Source: Candidatus Woesebacteria bacterium (GTDB lineage: Bacteria > Patescibacteriota > Microgenomatia > UBA1400 > UBA12028). From it: a DNA stretch of 64,000 bases. Shown here piece after piece: positions 29,022-38,816 of this stretch (position 1 is the first letter of the stretch; every line of letters begins with the position of its first letter). The position numbers and the translations under genes are program-made. The stretch lies in contig JBDTWD010000005.1 in assembly GCA_040006915.1 (NCBI GenBank), positions 23,394 through 87,393 on the forward strand. Reading direction: 5' to 3'. Under the pieces are notes generated by a model. That model did no database searches and was not told the DNA's origin. It was given only the letters and a program-made list of their open reading frames with translations.

Positions 29022-29723
29022 ATGTTTGATCCAGCCGTGTCCTCCTATTCTCTTCAAGATTCTCTCAATGCAAGTGTGACACTTTTTGTTACCCAAATTG
29101 CGGCTTTCCTGCCTCGTTTCTTAGGAGCAATACTTATAGTGATTATTGGAATCTTCATTGCCAGAACTGTTCGCGGTTTGCTCATCGGATCACTGCGACG
29201 CTTAAAACTCTCCGCAAATTTGGAACGGACTCCTTTTGGACAATTCTTACACAATACAGAAGTCAAACACACGGCTGAAGTCGTGGTCAGTAATATTATT
29301 TACTGGATCCTGTTACTGTTTGTTGCTTACACAGCGCTCACAGTCTTAGGTCTTTCCGGCATTTCAGGAATCTTAAATCAAATCCTCCTCTATATTCCCA
29401 AAGTCTTCTCAGCAATCTTGATTCTGATCTTGGGAGTGTTACTTGCAGGTTTTGCCGAAGCATTTGTCAAAGGACTTATCAAGTCAGTTGACTCTCATAC
29501 GGGTCGAATCGTTGGGAAGGTAGCTAGTTACTTAGTCATTGTGCTCTCAGCCATGGCCGCTATCTCAGAGCTTGGAATTGCGCAACAATTTATTCTGATT
29601 CTCTTTACTGGCTTTGTGGTCGCAGTTTCACTCGCACTGGGATTAGCCTTTGGCCTTGGAAGCAAGCACACGGTTGAACGCATGATGTCTGAATGGTATG
29701 ACCGCATGCACAAGGAAGAATAG
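29022..29723 (+). CDS. Mechanosensitive-channel-like conserved TM helix protein (CmpX-like)
   Basis: Repeated FLPRFLGAILIVIIG / YIPKVFSAILILILG, GLAFGLG. Confidence 0.8.
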   Translation: MFDPAVSSYSLQDSLNASVTLFVTQIAAFLPRFLGAILIVIIGIFIARTVRGLLIGSLRRLKLSANLERTPFGQFLHNTEVKHTAEVVVSNIIYWILLLFVAYTALTVLGLSGISGILNQILLYIPKVFSAILILILGVLLAGFAEAFVKGLIKSVDSHTGRIVGKVASYLVIVLSAMAAISELGIAQQFILILFTGFVVAVSLALGLAFGLGSKHTVERMMSEWYDRMHKEE

Positions 29724-29727
29724 CCAA

Positions 29728-30174
29728 CTATGAGCGGGGCTGAACATTCCCACGTCTCTCATTAATAAGAGATTGAACTTTTTCTTCAGTCCACACTGCG
29801 ATTATTTCTTCAAGATCACTTGCATCTATATCTGAGTCAGGACTGTGAACTTCGTCCAGAATCGATTTGATGTGGTCATCATCCGTGAGAAGAGTAAGAA
29901 GCAAAGTTCTGGTTAAATACTCATTCACATACACAGTTACCATTTCAAGTGGTTTCGCAGCTTCATTCAAATATTGTAAGCTTCGAAAAAGGACGTCTTC
30001 GGCACGTTTCCATTGGAGCGCTTCTGTAGCAGCCAAATTGCGATATTCTTGGGCATACGCAAGAAGAACTGCCGGAACTTCTCCTATAATCTCTCGTTCT
30101 TTTCGAATTGCTGAACCACCTAAAACTGCATCAATTCGTCCACGCATCTGCTCTACTTGCTCTTTACTCGGCAT
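29728..30174 (-). CDS. Hypothetical protein
   Basis: 148-aa ORF downstream of lexA with a purine-rich SD. Confidence 0.6.
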   Translation of the reverse strand: MPSKEQVEQMRGRIDAVLGGSAIRKEREIIGEVPAVLLAYAQEYRNLAATEALQWKRAEDVLFRSLQYLNEAAKPLEMVTVYVNEYLTRTLLLTLLTDDDHIKSILDEVHSPDSDIDASDLEEIIAVWTEEKVQSLINERRGNVQPRS

Positions 30175-30186
30175 ATTCCCTCTTTC

Positions 30187-30807
30187 TTAGACTGCAAATT
30201 TACGAATGAGTCCCACGCAGCGTCCTTGGATTTTGACACGGGTTGCAAAGATTGGTTGCATCTTGGAGTTCGCTGGCTCCAAACGAATACGTGTGGCTTC
30301 CTTGTAGAACTTCTTTAAGGTAGCAAGACCATTATCCAAGAGAGCGACGACGATATCTCCATTGGCAACATCAATCTGCTCTTCAATGACGACATAGTCT
30401 CCATCCAAAATTCCCTCTTCGATCATTGAGTCACCTTTGACTTGCAAGACATAGGCGCGCTTCTTTCCGGAGATAAGCTCTGGCGAAACTTTAAAGGTCG
30501 CATCAGCGTCTGTGTATGGTTGGATCGGCTGTCCGGCGGCGATGAATCCTAAGAGAGGAAGATCAACAGCATCGGTCAGACGTAAAAACGTGCGATCAAC
30601 GAGTTCGAGACCTCTCACTGTTCCTTCGTACTTCTTTACAACTCCCTTGCGGATCAAGGCAGCAATATGTTCATGTACGGTAGCAAGAGATGACACTCCG
30701 ATTGAATCGGCAATCTCTTGCAATGTCGGAGAAAATCCGTTTTTTTGAATGTATTGGGCAATGAAGTCAACAATTTGGCGTTGGCGCTTGTATAAGGTGA
30801 TAGGCAT
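30187..30807 (-). CDS. lexA: SOS repressor LexA
   Basis: wHTH (GFSPTLQEIA..S.ATVHEH), IAAG cleavage site, VKGDSM, ATLKK; ATG 30807. Confidence 0.95.
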   Translation of the reverse strand: MPITLYKRQRQIVDFIAQYIQKNGFSPTLQEIADSIGVSSLATVHEHIAALIRKGVVKKYEGTVRGLELVDRTFLRLTDAVDLPLLGFIAAGQPIQPYTDADATFKVSPELISGKKRAYVLQVKGDSMIEEGILDGDYVVIEEQIDVANGDIVVALLDNGLATLKKFYKEATRIRLEPANSKMQPIFATRVKIQGRCVGLIRKFAV

Positions 30808-30996
30808 ATGGGCTCCCTTCGTGACAATAGAATACGAATACAATGGCTGTTTTCCGTAACTTACCCACAATACTCAAAAGAGGTATTCATCGTCAACTGG
30901 ATCTATCCACATCCATATGAATCATTTTGTGTGAAGCTCTTGCATTCACTCCAAAGAACATCGTATTCTGATGATACTCACATCAAAGGAATACCT

Positions 30997-31647
30997 ATGC
31001 GCATACTCAAAATTATATTTCCCCTGCTTTGTTTACTAATCGTTATCGGCTTAAACGGGACTGTCGCTCAAGCAGTTGAAGGAACCTCAGGGATACCGAA
31101 AGCACTCCCGCTTCCCATTCAAATCCCCAATCTTCCTGAGAATTTTAATCCCAGTACAGTCTCACCACAGAGGATGAAAGAACTCGAAAAGAAGTATGGA
31201 GATCAAAATGCTTCCATTAAAGAATTGCAGAAGCGACAACAAGATGAGCTCAAAGCGAAGCGTGAAACAGTCAAAAATGTGTGGAAAATGTGTCAAGAAA
31301 AGATCGCTAGTTACAGAAAAACTCGACTGGCAGCGGCTAAAGCGCTCAGGGAGTCTTCAAACTGCAAATACCAGCCGGTGGATACAACTTTGACTGGAGA
31401 GGCGAAAACTGCTGCGCAAAAGCAAGAAATTCAACGCCTTGCAGATTGTCGGAAAACACTTTTAACAACGCTCACTGATTTTGAAAAAGAGACACGGCTT
31501 CAAGTAATAGTCCTACAAAAAAGTTGCAGCATTGAAACCCAAAAGCCCGTTGTTCTCCGCGCTGCAACTTCGAGCGCAAACGTTCGAGGGATTGAAACAG
31601 ATGAGGTTCCAGTCTATGACTTCACAACTCAGGTGAATGTTCAGTAG
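30997..31647 (+). CDS. Secreted/membrane-anchored coiled-coil hypothetical protein
   Basis: AAAGGA SD, then MRILKIIFPLLCLLIVIGLNGTVAQA signal peptide. Confidence 0.7.
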   Translation: MRILKIIFPLLCLLIVIGLNGTVAQAVEGTSGIPKALPLPIQIPNLPENFNPSTVSPQRMKELEKKYGDQNASIKELQKRQQDELKAKRETVKNVWKMCQEKIASYRKTRLAAAKALRESSNCKYQPVDTTLTGEAKTAAQKQEIQRLADCRKTLLTTLTDFEKETRLQVIVLQKSCSIETQKPVVLRAATSSANVRGIETDEVPVYDFTTQVNVQ

Positions 31648-31668
31648 GATGTATGCGATAATAGGTTC

Positions 31669-33786
31669 GTGAAATTTAATTTAAAATCCCCCTACCAGCC
31701 CACCGGTGACCAGCCGCAATGCATTGAGCAGCTCACCACCGGTCTTCAAGAAGACAAGAAAAACCAAGTACTACTTGGAGTGACGGGGAGTGGAAAAACC
31801 TTCACAATCGCCAACGTTATCCAAAAAATTCAACGACCAACTCTGGTTATTGCTCACAATAAAACCTTAGCGGCACAGCTGTATCAAGAGTTTCGTGACT
31901 TCTTTCCAGAAAATGCAGTCAGTTACTTTGTCTCATACTACGACTACTACCAGCCTGAAAGCTACATCCCGAGTACCGACACTTATATCGAGAAAGAAAC
32001 CCAGATTAATGATGAAATTGATAAATTACGTTTGTCATCGACGACAAACCTTTTGACCCGTCCTGACTGCATTGTCGTCGCTTCGGTTTCCTGTATCTAC
32101 AACTTAGGTTCTCCAATCGAATATGGAAAATATATTCTGACGCTGATTGAAGGTGAGCTCATTAGCCGTCAGTCGATCTTGGCCCAACTGGTGAACTTAC
32201 AGTACGAACGCAACGACATAGATCTTGCCCGGGGAAACTTTCGCATTCGCGGTGAAACCATTCAGGTCTGGCCTGCATATGAAGACAATGCTCTGTCTAT
32301 CACTATGCTTGGAAATCAGATTGAGAGTATTGATCGCATCGATCCACTAACAGGGAACAAAATTGAGGGAACATTTTTGGAACGAGATCGAATGAGTGGA
32401 GAAAGAGGAAGTCGCCGCTATATTCTCTACCCTGCCAAGCATTACATGACCAATCCCGTCACTCAAGCAGATTCAATCGCTATGATTGAACGAGATCTAC
32501 AGGAGAGATTGAAGGAATTAAAAGACGCTGGCAAAGTAATTGAAGCATATCGTTTGGAACAGAAAGTTCATTATGATCTTGATATGGTGCAAAACTTGGG
32601 CTTTGTGAATGGAATTGAAAACTATTCTCGCTATTTCGATGGCAGAAATCCAGGTGATCCTCCCTTTACTCTCATGGAATATTTTCATGAAAATGCCAAA
32701 CAGTTTGGTGATGGGTCTTTCCTTACAGTCATTGATGAGTCCCATATCACCATTCCGCAAATTCGCGGCATGTATAACGGTGATCAATCGCGAAAAGGGA
32801 CATTGATTGATTATGGTTTCCGCCTTCCTTCAGCATTAGATAACCGCCCCTTAAAATTTGAAGAGTTTTTGCACAATGTTGATCAGACCATTTATGTTTC
32901 TGCTACTCCAGCTCCTTGGGAATTATCGATGAGTAATGGCGAGGTAGCAGAACAAGTTATCAGACCGACAGGACTGATTGAACCTACGATTGATATTCGC
33001 AAAAGTGAAGGACAAATTGAAGATCTCGTCAAAGAGATTTTTATTCGCACCGCAAAAGGTCAGCGTGTCCTGATTACAACTATTACGAAACGGATGGCTG
33101 AGGTACTCACCGATTATTTAAATGACGAAAAAAAGATGAGAAAAATAGTACCAGACTTTGCATCCAAACTTCCGAAAGTAGCATATCTTCACTCGGATAT
33201 CGTGACGCTTGATCGTTCTGATATTTTAGATGATTTGCGTAGTGGTGTGTACGACGTGCTCGTGGGAATTAACTTGCTGCGTGAAGGACTAGATCTTCCA
33301 GAAGTGACATTGGTAGCCATTCTAGATGCTGACAAAGAAGGATTCTTACGCTCGGCATCTTCTCTGATTCAAATAATGGGCAGAGCTGCCCGTCATCACG
33401 AAGGACATGTGATTTTATATGCGGATCGAGTCACAGGTTCCATGCAACTGGCTTTGGATGAAGTAGAACGACGACGCAAAAAACAACTTGAATTTAACGA
33501 AACCCACGGGATAACTCCTATCACCATTATCAAACCAGTTCGGGAACAACTCATCAAACGAGATCCAAAAGACAAGGATATTGATGTCAAAGGGAAACGA
33601 GGCCTCACTGTCGATTTAAACAAGAAAACCTCGATCAGTATCGACGATCTTGATCCAAATGCCCTCCTTCCAAGTGATCGAGAAAAAATCATCAAACAGT
33701 TAACCAGAAAAATGAATGAAGCGGCAAAAGACTGGAACTTCGAACAGGCTGCGAAATTGCGCGATACGATTGCAAAGCTTTCATAA
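31669..33786 (+). CDS. uvrB: Excinuclease ABC subunit UvrB
   Basis: PTGDQP, GVTGSGKT, YYDYYQPE, DESH, GFRLPSALDNRPL, FEQAAKLRD. Confidence 0.97.
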   Translation: MKFNLKSPYQPTGDQPQCIEQLTTGLQEDKKNQVLLGVTGSGKTFTIANVIQKIQRPTLVIAHNKTLAAQLYQEFRDFFPENAVSYFVSYYDYYQPESYIPSTDTYIEKETQINDEIDKLRLSSTTNLLTRPDCIVVASVSCIYNLGSPIEYGKYILTLIEGELISRQSILAQLVNLQYERNDIDLARGNFRIRGETIQVWPAYEDNALSITMLGNQIESIDRIDPLTGNKIEGTFLERDRMSGERGSRRYILYPAKHYMTNPVTQADSIAMIERDLQERLKELKDAGKVIEAYRLEQKVHYDLDMVQNLGFVNGIENYSRYFDGRNPGDPPFTLMEYFHENAKQFGDGSFLTVIDESHITIPQIRGMYNGDQSRKGTLIDYGFRLPSALDNRPLKFEEFLHNVDQTIYVSATPAPWELSMSNGEVAEQVIRPTGLIEPTIDIRKSEGQIEDLVKEIFIRTAKGQRVLITTITKRMAEVLTDYLNDEKKMRKIVPDFASKLPKVAYLHSDIVTLDRSDILDDLRSGVYDVLVGINLLREGLDLPEVTLVAILDADKEGFLRSASSLIQIMGRAARHHEGHVILYADRVTGSMQLALDEVERRRKKQLEFNETHGITPITIIKPVREQLIKRDPKDKDIDVKGKRGLTVDLNKKTSISIDDLDPNALLPSDREKIIKQLTRKMNEAAKDWNFEQAAKLRDTIAKLS

Positions 33787-33788
33787 GA

Positions 33789-34175
33789 TTAAAGTCTTTT
33801 CTCCTCTGAAAAATCCTCCAAACTAGAGACGAATTTCCAATCTCCTTCCCCATCAATCAAAGTAAGCCCAATCCCTGCAGATATCAAAAAAAACTCATAC
33901 GATCCATATATAATAATAATGCACACAGCCATTTCTCTTTCCATTGCTGTTCGCCAGAACGATTCACCATCGTCATCTCTACTCTTTTCACACAAATCGT
34001 TCAACGTATTCCACGCTTTTGAGAATCCCCCAATGAGTCCGTCATTTTCAAGATGTTTTAAAACACGTTGTGAAATGCTTATTTCAGTATCGGTCCCTGA
34101 TAATTTTCGATTTCGGATATATCGTTCGTGGAAAAACCACAGAATTCTTCCTGAAAGTGGAGTCTTTTCCTGCAT
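33789..34175 (-). CDS. Hypothetical protein
   Basis: 128-aa ORF, TATACT 7 nt before ATG. Confidence 0.55.
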   Translation of the reverse strand: MQEKTPLSGRILWFFHERYIRNRKLSGTDTEISISQRVLKHLENDGLIGGFSKAWNTLNDLCEKSRDDDGESFWRTAMEREMAVCIIIIYGSYEFFLISAGIGLTLIDGEGDWKFVSSLEDFSEEKRL

Positions 34176-34205
34176 GGGGTATAGTATATCAAAAACGACT
34201 ACGTC

Positions 34206-35228
34206 TTAATTCTCTTTTGTGCGCAATACTGAATGAATTTCTGGTGAAAATTCTCGAAGTATTACTCGAACGATGATAAATATCGGTATAACAAGTAAGG
34301 CACCTATAACGCTGCCAAAACGCAGCCCTGCCAAGATCAGTACGATTGAGACCAATGGGCTAATACCAACTGTTCGTTTCATTACAAACGGAACGATAAA
34401 GTTATTCTCAATTGATTGAATCAGCCAATATAATAAAGCCGCTAAGACGCCCATAAGCGGAATACCTGTCACCACGTAAGCCACAATCACCGCCGGTATT
34501 GCAGCAATGGTTGGTCCTAAGTTTGGGAGCGCTTCTAAGAAGCCAGCAAGAATGGCCAGCGGCAACGCGTACGGGATCTTCAATAAAGTTAAGCCAACAT
34601 AGGTCATCGTTCCAATCGTCACCATCAATATAAACTCACCTCGAACCCATGTTCCTAACGATTCTTCTATTTCATTAAACAATCTTTGACTTCGCTCTTC
34701 CCGATCCTTGGTTCGAAACAAAAAAGCACTGTATTTGTACAAATGTTCACGTTCCAACAGCAGATACAAGGACATAACTAGGATTGTAAAGAAAGAGAAA
34801 ATGACGGAGAAGGTAGAGGTAATATATGAAAACACCGTTCCAAATGATCCTCCATACGTCGATACGAGCGTAGAGACTTGATCATAGGTAAGTTGCAGCG
34901 ACTTTAAATCTGAAAGGTAAGGAACAGATTGCAGATCAAATTGATGCAACAGATTCAATGTTTGCTCCACTAAAGGTGGAACTAATACTGCAAAGGTAAT
35001 GACAAGTGTCGCTATCAACATCGCATAGACCGACAGCACAGCAGCAACTCGTGAGAATCGTAAACGCTGAAGCCTTAAGACAATAGGGTGTAATGCCGTC
35101 ATCAAAACAAATCCTAAGAGCAATAAAATGACAATATCAAATGTTCGCGATAGGACGAGAAAAAGGAGTCCAAATCCAATAATATACAGGAGAGTTTTGA
35201 CTGAAATTTCAACGCGATAGTTTTGCAT
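34206..35228 (-). CDS. AI-2E family transporter
   Basis: Multi-TM; LEALPNLGP, IQSIENNFIVP, GALLVIP. Confidence 0.9.
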   Translation of the reverse strand: MQNYRVEISVKTLLYIIGFGLLFLVLSRTFDIVILLLLGFVLMTALHPIVLRLQRLRFSRVAAVLSVYAMLIATLVITFAVLVPPLVEQTLNLLHQFDLQSVPYLSDLKSLQLTYDQVSTLVSTYGGSFGTVFSYITSTFSVIFSFFTILVMSLYLLLEREHLYKYSAFLFRTKDREERSQRLFNEIEESLGTWVRGEFILMVTIGTMTYVGLTLLKIPYALPLAILAGFLEALPNLGPTIAAIPAVIVAYVVTGIPLMGVLAALLYWLIQSIENNFIVPFVMKRTVGISPLVSIVLILAGLRFGSVIGALLVIPIFIIVRVILREFSPEIHSVLRTKEN

Positions 35229-35229
35229 A

Positions 35230-36129
35230 CTATTTATTGTAGCAGTTTTTTACAAAGCCAAGTACGTCGATTTGTAATGAGGCTGAAGTTGCGTCAAACC
35301 ACTGGATTTGTGGCTCTCGCTTCCACCACTGCATCTGCCGCTTCGCGTACTGAATTTCATGAGTGGTCCAAAGATCGATCAGCTCATCGCCAGAAAGTTC
35401 TCCGCGAACATGTTGTTCTATTTCTTTATATCCTATAGCGGCCTTGGCTTCCAGCTCCCAGCGACGATATTTCTTTTGTATGTTTTCATATTCTTTCACT
35501 GCACCATTTTCCACACGCTCACTCACTCTTCCGGTAATCCGTTTGGCAAGAATTTCTTTCTCTATTTGTAATCCCACCCAAACACAGTCCGACTTCTCCA
35601 GAACGGATTCTTCGAGCGTCGAGGGTACGGGAGATGCTTCAATTTCTATGGCTCGCACCAATCTACGTGGATTCTGACGATCGGACGCATTCATTCTGGC
35701 TAAGCGATCAGCACTCACTTCTTTTTGCAATTGTTCTACCGATAAGTTCTCAAGATATTGCCGCAATGTAGGGTTGACCGGAGTGTGAATGCTTTCCGGT
35801 TGAGAAAAAAGTGAAAGAACATACTGTGGAGTGCCACCGACGATGATTAACAAACGATTTTCTTTTTGAGCATCGGCAATCACGTTCCGGGCATATGCAA
35901 TAAATTGTGAAATCGACCAGTTTTGATCTGGATTTCGGATATCAACTCCAAAAATCCGCGCATTTGTTTCTTCCGTCAAATCCTTACCAGTCACAATATC
36001 TTGATCTCTATATACCTGCTTTGAATCGACCACTAGAATATCAACATCTTTAAAATGTTTAGCCAGAAAAAAAGACAGAGATGTCTTTCCAGATGAAGTT
36101 GGACCGACGATGAGGAGCGGTGGCATCAT
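35230..36129 (-). CDS. miaA: tRNA dimethylallyltransferase
   Basis: GPTSSGKT, DSKQVY, VGGTPQY, NPRRLVRAIE, AIGYKE, QYAKRQMQW. Confidence 0.93.
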   Translation of the reverse strand: MMPPLLIVGPTSSGKTSLSFFLAKHFKDVDILVVDSKQVYRDQDIVTGKDLTEETNARIFGVDIRNPDQNWSISQFIAYARNVIADAQKENRLLIIVGGTPQYVLSLFSQPESIHTPVNPTLRQYLENLSVEQLQKEVSADRLARMNASDRQNPRRLVRAIEIEASPVPSTLEESVLEKSDCVWVGLQIEKEILAKRITGRVSERVENGAVKEYENIQKKYRRWELEAKAAIGYKEIEQHVRGELSGDELIDLWTTHEIQYAKRQMQWWKREPQIQWFDATSASLQIDVLGFVKNCYNK

Positions 36130-37280
36130 ACGACTTTTGGTCGCACACTTAAGTTATCTTTGTTGATAATTTGATCCAAGATTTCCCAGCGACGTTTTTT
36201 TTCCTTTTGCGGAATGTCATCCGAATACAATTTCCAACCGGCTGTACCAGGACGCGGTGAATATTGAGCCACAAATCCTAGTTTCCAATCCATTTCACGA
36301 GCGAACTCCACCGTTTCATTAAACTCAGCTTCAGTTTCACCGCTAAATCCAACGATAATATCCGTGCCGATAATGACGTCAGGAACGGCTTTACGAAGCT
36401 TACGAATGATTTCACGATAATGCTCTTTAGTATATCCACGATTCATTCGATGTAAGACGCCATTGCTGCCAGATTGAAGCGGAAGGTGAATAAAGCGGTC
36501 AATTTTAGGATTAGTCGCGATTTCATCAATCAAGGAGTCATGGAAGTCCCAAGGGTTACTGGTCAGAAATCGAATCGTTTTAATTTCTGGATATTTTGAT
36601 ATTTCCTGTAAAAGCTTCACAAAGGGAGGAATACCAACTGGTTTTTCATATTGTGAAGAATTGTCAGGAATTTCTTCACGAGTAAATTCCTGCTCTTCTC
36701 GCATCATCATTTTGCGAAGCCCAATTCCCTCTTTTTCCAACCCCCAGCTGTTTACATTTTGTCCAAGCAGGGTAATTTCGCTGTATCCCTCTTTGGCAAG
36801 CCGTTCCACTTCAGTCATGATACTTTCCATAGAACGAGATTGCTCACGTCCACGTGAGTACGGCACAATACAGTAGGTACAAAATGAGTTACAACCGGCT
36901 GAGATTGGAATCCAGGCATGTTTTTTATCTTTACGAACCACAGCACTGTTAAATCCCACTTCATTGATCGGCAGAATCTCGTCAATCATTGGCAGGATTT
37001 CATACAGTTTTTCTTGTCCGTGATGGGTCATGCACCCAGTCAAAATGATCTTCGGCTTAGGTTTTCCGATGGTCTGGAAATGGGTAACAACGTTGTATAA
37101 AAACCCACGCGCTCGATCTTCAGCTGATTGTCGGATTGCGCATGTGTTTACTACAATGTCATCGGCATCGCGCCAATCTGGGGCTTCTGTGTATCCACGA
37201 GCCGCATAATCTCCAGCAACACGCTCGGAATCTGACTTGTTCGACTGGCAACCAAATGTATGAATATAGTATGTCGGCAT
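36126..37280 (-). CDS. miaB: MiaB-type radical SAM methylthiotransferase (no TRAM domain)
   Basis: TFGCQSNKSDSE, NTCAIRQSAE, GCNSFCTYCIVPYSRG, LLGQNVNS, TDIIVGFSGET, YSPRPGT; adjacent to miaA. Confidence 0.88.
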   Translation of the reverse strand: MPTYYIHTFGCQSNKSDSERVAGDYAARGYTEAPDWRDADDIVVNTCAIRQSAEDRARGFLYNVVTHFQTIGKPKPKIILTGCMTHHGQEKLYEILPMIDEILPINEVGFNSAVVRKDKKHAWIPISAGCNSFCTYCIVPYSRGREQSRSMESIMTEVERLAKEGYSEITLLGQNVNSWGLEKEGIGLRKMMMREEQEFTREEIPDNSSQYEKPVGIPPFVKLLQEISKYPEIKTIRFLTSNPWDFHDSLIDEIATNPKIDRFIHLPLQSGSNGVLHRMNRGYTKEHYREIIRKLRKAVPDVIIGTDIIVGFSGETEAEFNETVEFAREMDWKLGFVAQYSPRPGTAGWKLYSDDIPQKEKKRRWEILDQIINKDNLSVRPKVV

Positions 37281-37374
37281 CCCTGTATTTTACCAGAATT
37301 AGCCAAGAACGAACCGCTCAAATCATATTCTTCCCCTTGACCCTTTGGTATTTATCTTTTACCCTTTCTTACTT

Positions 37375-37680
37375 ATGACCAAATATGAAAAATATTACCA
37401 ACAGATGTGGGAAGCGCACAAAGAAGCTCTCTCCGCATTCCAAGATATCCATGACCAATACAAGGCAAAGCAACGAGACATGAAACTCAAAAAAGAATTT
37501 GATGCTGTGGGAAAATCTGCCCGAGCGACTATGGAAGAATGGGATGCAAGATTGTGCCAGCAGATGGAAAAGGGGAAAAACAGTGTTTTTTCTTCGAAAG
37601 TGAGTGAGAAATTCTGGAACGAAGTGAAGAAAGACTTTCCCCTGGTTGATCTGGTAGGAGTTGAAATTAGCTTTGTTTAA
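37375..37680 (+). CDS. Hypothetical protein
   Basis: MTKYEKYYQQ...; TTGACC-17-TACCCT promoter just upstream. Confidence 0.7.
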   Translation: MTKYEKYYQQMWEAHKEALSAFQDIHDQYKAKQRDMKLKKEFDAVGKSARATMEEWDARLCQQMEKGKNSVFSSKVSEKFWNEVKKDFPLVDLVGVEISFV

Positions 37681-37721
37681 ACTCCAATACTTCTGGGAGA
37701 GAATCTTGCATCAATCATAGA

Positions 37722-38018
37722 CTACAGGAAACTCGTATTCCGCTCCAGAATGGCAAAATGCGTATCTTCACAGTACCAGACTTCTCTTCTGGCGTTAACT
37801 TCAGCTCTTGTAGCTAGCTGCACTCGTTCTTTCTCCTGTTCTGAAGACTCCAAAATTGTCGCTAACTGCACTCGTTCTTTCTTCTGCTCTGGAGATTCCA
37901 ATAATTTAATGCTGTTGGGATATAAGTCCCGAAAAAGCGGTAGGATCGCAATGAAAGCAGGTAGTGTCAGTTTAGGGTCCGTATCAGTCCAAGGCTCTTG
38001 TTCTATCGCAACTGCCAT
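37722..38018 (-). CDS. Hypothetical protein with a 16-aa tandem duplication
   Basis: GAGGAG SD; LESPEQKKERVQLATI / LESSEQEKERVQLATR. Confidence 0.6.
   Translation of the reverse strand: MAVAIEQEPWTDTDPKLTLPAFIAILPLFRDLYPNSIKLLESPEQKKERVQLATILESSEQEKERVQLATRAEVNARREVWYCEDTHFAILERNTSFL
37813..37901. repeat. Imperfect 48-bp tandem duplication (about 2 copies)
   Basis: gctagctgcactcgttctttctcctgttctgaagactccaa (37813) vs gctaactgcactcgttctttcttctgctctggagattccaa (37861). Confidence 0.85.
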
Positions 38019-38085
38019 AGTATCTCCTCATATAGGGTACATTCGATTGTTATCATACACCCGAACCCGAAATATGAAACAAAAT

Positions 38086-38781
38086 CTAATGAATCTGGGT
38101 TCCAACTATATATGCAACAAAAGCGGCAGCCCCACCCAGTACCAGTGTTTCTAATAAAGATCTTCCCAATGGATGCCGCGTCACTCGCCATCGAAGTAAG
38201 CCTAAAATCAGCAGGGCGAGACCGGTACAAAGAAATGAAAAAAGGAACACTTTTTCATGGGTTCGAAAGAAGACATACGGCAAAAGCGGAATGACACCAA
38301 ATATGATGAACGCAAGAAAGGTTACTAAGGCCATAGAAAACACATTCTGCTTTTCGGGATTTGGAATCTGCAACTCGTGATCCATCATGAAATCCAACCA
38401 GTAACTTTCATTGCTTTTGTATAGTGTGGTGAGAGTCTTCGCTTGTTCCTGACTAAAGCCTTCGTTGATTAGAATGGAAAGGGTTTTTGCTTCCTGATCA
38501 GCTTCCTGTTTTTTCAGCAATAATAGCTTCACCTTCTTTTCTCGAGCGTAGACATCTTGCTCTGACCGACTGGAGAGAAAGTTCCCCAGGGCCATAGACA
38601 CCCCATCCGAAAACAAGTTGGCAAACCCAAATAACAGCACTGTTAACAGCGGAATGGTCGTCATGTTTTGCGCTTGCGCCCCAACGAATCCGGCGACAAC
38701 AGCAAAAGTGGTCACTGTTCCATCATTTCCGCCGTAGATAATTTCTTTCAGGTATCTTGAGAGTAGAGACGTTTTTGCCAT
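38086..38781 (-). CDS. VIT1/CCC1 family Fe/Mn transporter
   Basis: IIYGGNDGTVTTFAVVAG, ANLFSDGVSMALGNFLS, FGVIPLLPY. Confidence 0.92.
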   Translation of the reverse strand: MAKTSLLSRYLKEIIYGGNDGTVTTFAVVAGFVGAQAQNMTTIPLLTVLLFGFANLFSDGVSMALGNFLSSRSEQDVYAREKKVKLLLLKKQEADQEAKTLSILINEGFSQEQAKTLTTLYKSNESYWLDFMMDHELQIPNPEKQNVFSMALVTFLAFIIFGVIPLLPYVFFRTHEKVFLFSFLCTGLALLILGLLRWRVTRHPLGRSLLETLVLGGAAAFVAYIVGTQIH

Positions 38782-38816
38782 AGAGTTCATTCTACGCTAC
38801 ACTGATACAAAGCCCT

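Noticed and set aside
28708-29096. ORFs 28708..28989 (+) and 28809..29096 (-)
   Set aside because: They overlap the RNase P RNA and have no recognisable protein features
30829-30969. AGAATACGA / TCGTATTCT long-range inverted repeat between lexA and the divergent gene
   Set aside because: More simply explained as two divergent TATTCT -10 elements; too far apart for a single operator
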